A DNA stretch of 63,713 nucleotides, counting the filler, from Calcarisporiella thermophila CBS 279.70 (Eukaryota; Fungi; Calcarisporiellomycota): assembly GCF_041956535.1 (NCBI RefSeq). It is 8 parts of 8 records of this genome, joined end to end, with 100 filler letters (N's around TTAATTAATTAA, not from the genome) between each part and the next. Parts side by side here need not be neighbours in the genome. Positions count along the whole stretch, not along the records: positions 60,747 to 63,713 come from NW_027192205.1; 7 more parts are not named here. One strand, written 5' to 3'. Every line of letters begins with the position of its first letter. The first letter of the stretch is position 1. Position numbers and translations under genes: made by a program. Below the pieces are notes generated by a model. That model saw nothing but the letters and a program-made list of their open reading frames with translations, made no database searches and had not been told where the DNA came from. This document shows positions 60,928 through 63,713 of the stretch, one piece after another.

Positions 60928-63534
60928 TGCTCTCAACATAATGGATATTGATAAGCCAACGGATAGTAAAAATGAAGTGACGGTACCTTTAACGGAAGAA
61001 AGTAAAGAATCATTAAAAAATCGCCTTGCGATGATTGAAAAAGAAATAATAACATACAAGGTAAACCGAATAAGAATATTGATTAACTGTATTCATATTT
61101 TATGACTTTTTTTTGATAGCACGCATTGAGTTAGTTCAGAATTACGAAGATCCTAAAATAAAACAGACCATGATTGAGAAAAATTTGCCTGGGTATATTA
61201 AAGAGTTGGAAGAAAAAGAGGCTGAAAAAAAAACCATTGAAGGTATATATTCATTAACTATCCAATAATTTCGTTTTACCTAAGTTTACTTTTATTTGGA
61301 TAATATTTAATAGACAAAATAGCACAATCTAGCCAGCGTTCTAGTATCGATCCGAAAGTTGCCGAACAAGCATTCAACACTAGCTACAAAGATCCGCACA
61401 ACGCGGTTGATCATTTTTTATCCTACTTACAATGGTGCCATAATGAATGGCGTGATGCTGGAGACAAGGTTGCACCCTTTATTCCCATAGTACAGAGCTC
61501 AGGTTATGGAAAAACTCGAATGATCGCCCATATTGCCAGTAGCGTTTTCGTATTATATATCTGCAAACGTCCTAGATATTCAACTGGCTTTCCTCCGGCG
61601 TCCCCTCTAATTGACTGGGTTATAGGGGAGCTAGTATCTGGTGCTGATTTGGAACACTTTGCAGTGATAATGCTAGCTGCTGCAGAGGAAATTGAGGCAC
61701 TTAATAAGGAGCCTCGCGAATTTTGGAAGATGCAAATAGAAGACCGACCAAATTGCGAACAATTTTGGCTTCGTATTAGGAAGAGATATGAGAAGTAATA
61801 TCTATTCATTCTATCTAAATGGCTCTTTGCTGGCTGTTATACTTATACACATTTCAAATTTTTGAATTTTATCACAGTTATCTTAGTGACCCTTCTTTAC
61901 GAAATGCGGCTAAAGTGGCAATCGCAGATAACCATTTCATCACTAATAAATTTAGTAATGGTATCGGTGAAATTCGATTGCTATGCTGTCTCGATGAAGC
62001 GCATGAATTGATCGATGATTCAATGGGGGATTCCCGTTCTCTAAAATTCAGAATATGGCGCCGTGGCATCCGAAGTATTGAGTGGAAGGGTCTATTTTCT
62101 GTTTGCCTTAGCACAAGCGGAAAGATTAACAATTTTCATCCAAGATTTGAATTGGACCCTTCTGCACGCAGTGTGCCATTTTCACTTTTTCAGCCCTTCT
62201 TCGATGTAGCCATGATTGATGCACTTGTTTCTAATTGGCCTGAAAACCCTTCGCCAGAACAGCTTGCCCAGTATGGTCGCCCTCTTTTTGGCGCTCTAAT
62301 ATCAAAAGGCTCATCGGTTACGCGCGCAGTTGAGTTGGCAAAAATGAAACTAGTGGGCACTACTGGCGATGGAAGATTTACATCTCTAGCCCTCCTAGCA
62401 TGTTTGGCGGCAGTGAGGTTTTCACCACTTGCAACATTTGCGCAAACATTGGTTGCAGACCATATGGCCACAGTTCTTGGAGTATCGGCTGATCGTTCTG
62501 AAGTATACCTTACTTATCCTTCAGAGCCCTTCCTTGCAGCAGGAGCACTCTATGCACTTAACACAAATGCAAATTGGGTAAACTCTATTAATGTTTTGAC
62601 AGATGCAATCCGCCGTGGAGTTGCCCATGGAGGAGAATGTGGGGAAATTGCTGTTCGTCTGGTGCTATTGCGAGCAATGCAGCTATGCAGTGGATCCGTT
62701 TTTGGAGTGCCAGTGAAAATTAGCGAATTTTTTAAACGATTGTTGTGGGGCAATGGGGATTTTATGACCAAGAGGCAGAGAATGGATGGAGGGTAAATGA
62801 TGAAAATGTTCTAATTTACCCAATTTCATATTGTTAATAGTATTTCTAGCTATCCTCCCAAGATCTACCAACGGGATTGTGTTTTTATTGAAGATCCTCG
62901 GATGTTGGATGGAATATTTGGTTCATTTGGCAGTGGAGAGATAGCGTTTAATCATTTTCTTACCCTCAACGAAAGGCTATCAGCGTGTCAAATTGAGCCG
63001 AAGCTTTTTGAAGCATGCTGGAAGCGTCGTGCTGCCATTACCCTTCCAAGAAATGCTAAGTCGGTAGATCTTGTTTTACCAGTCCGTTTAACCAATGGAG
63101 GCTACTCTTGCATCGCTATTCAAGTGAAGAATTTATCAGAGGATCGACCTGGCGAAATGTCAAAAAACGCAGAAAAGATGGAGGAACATGTTGCTAGCCG
63201 GTGGTCTGTTGGCAATCTAGAGCACCTTAACCTCTATATCTCTCTTAGACGCAAACATGAAGGAGTATTTGGATATGAGTTTTCAGCGGATACCTCGTCC
63301 TCTACAAAGTTTGACAGATACCTTTTTATCAACAATTTTCGATCGTTTGCTTTCAATGAGTCTCTGTTGACTGCATTGGATCATCTCTGCACCTCTGAAA
63401 TCGGGTCTCTCCCTGATGAAGTGCTAAATATTAGCTATTATGATAGTTCAGGCAAAGCAATGAGTAAAACATCGTTCAATCGTAGATCAATGGTGGAGGC
63501 ATTTTTGAAAATTAAAGTTGCATCTAATGGGTAA
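60928..63534 (+). CDS. Crinkler-related NTPase plus restriction-endonuclease-fold protein, multi-exon, 5' end uncertain
   Basis: FIPIVQSSGYGKTR, LLCCLDEAH, YGRPLF, YPSEPFLA, GECGEIAVRL, FNHF and VDLVLPV..IAIQVKN. Confidence 0.78.
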
Positions 63535-63713
63535 TTTTTTATATCTTGTATCATTTCTTATATCATATTTCATAATCGGCGTAAGTGGGTATATATTCTA
63601 ACAAACTGCGCACGGTAATTGTATAAACATTTTATCTTTGAATTGCTATCCATTCCTCAAATACATTCGACTAAGAAGTTGAGCCCACGATGGTATAAAG
63701 TTGGCTATTAATT

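Overview
Intron-rich eukaryotic DNA from an early-diverging fungus (Zoopagomycota/Mucoromycota-like; this placement is inference). It is a draft scaffold with a ~1 kb N-gap (17148-18145) and seven artificial N-TTAATTAATTAA-N spacers, so adjacency across those joins is unreliable. Bases 1-16 kb hold a compact core-gene block: a small secreted protein, a ZnF-UBP ubiquitin protease, TUP1, a RhoGAP, DUF202, an ECM4-type glutathione transferase, a C2/Pro-rich protein and tRNA-Pro(UGG). Bases 16-23 kb are a retroelement pile-up: two tandem tRNA-headed SINE-like elements, a ~300 bp inverted repeat, nested Tx1/L1-type LINEs reusing one target motif, and a solo LTR. At 23-25.3 kb a spliced gene joins a Git3/cAMP-receptor-like 7TM domain in frame to a LaeA-like SAM methyltransferase; this is the most striking finding. 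The rest is accessory: a DIRS tyrosine-recombinase retrotransposon and relics, a BAHD acyltransferase, an M36 fungalysin, a prokaryote-like MFS pseudogene, Tc1/mariner relics, a BBE-like oxidase pseudogene, DBF4, a GT8, a 16-Cys secreted peptide precursor and three Crinkler-type NTPase/nuclease genes. All family calls come from motif recognition by eye, not database searches.
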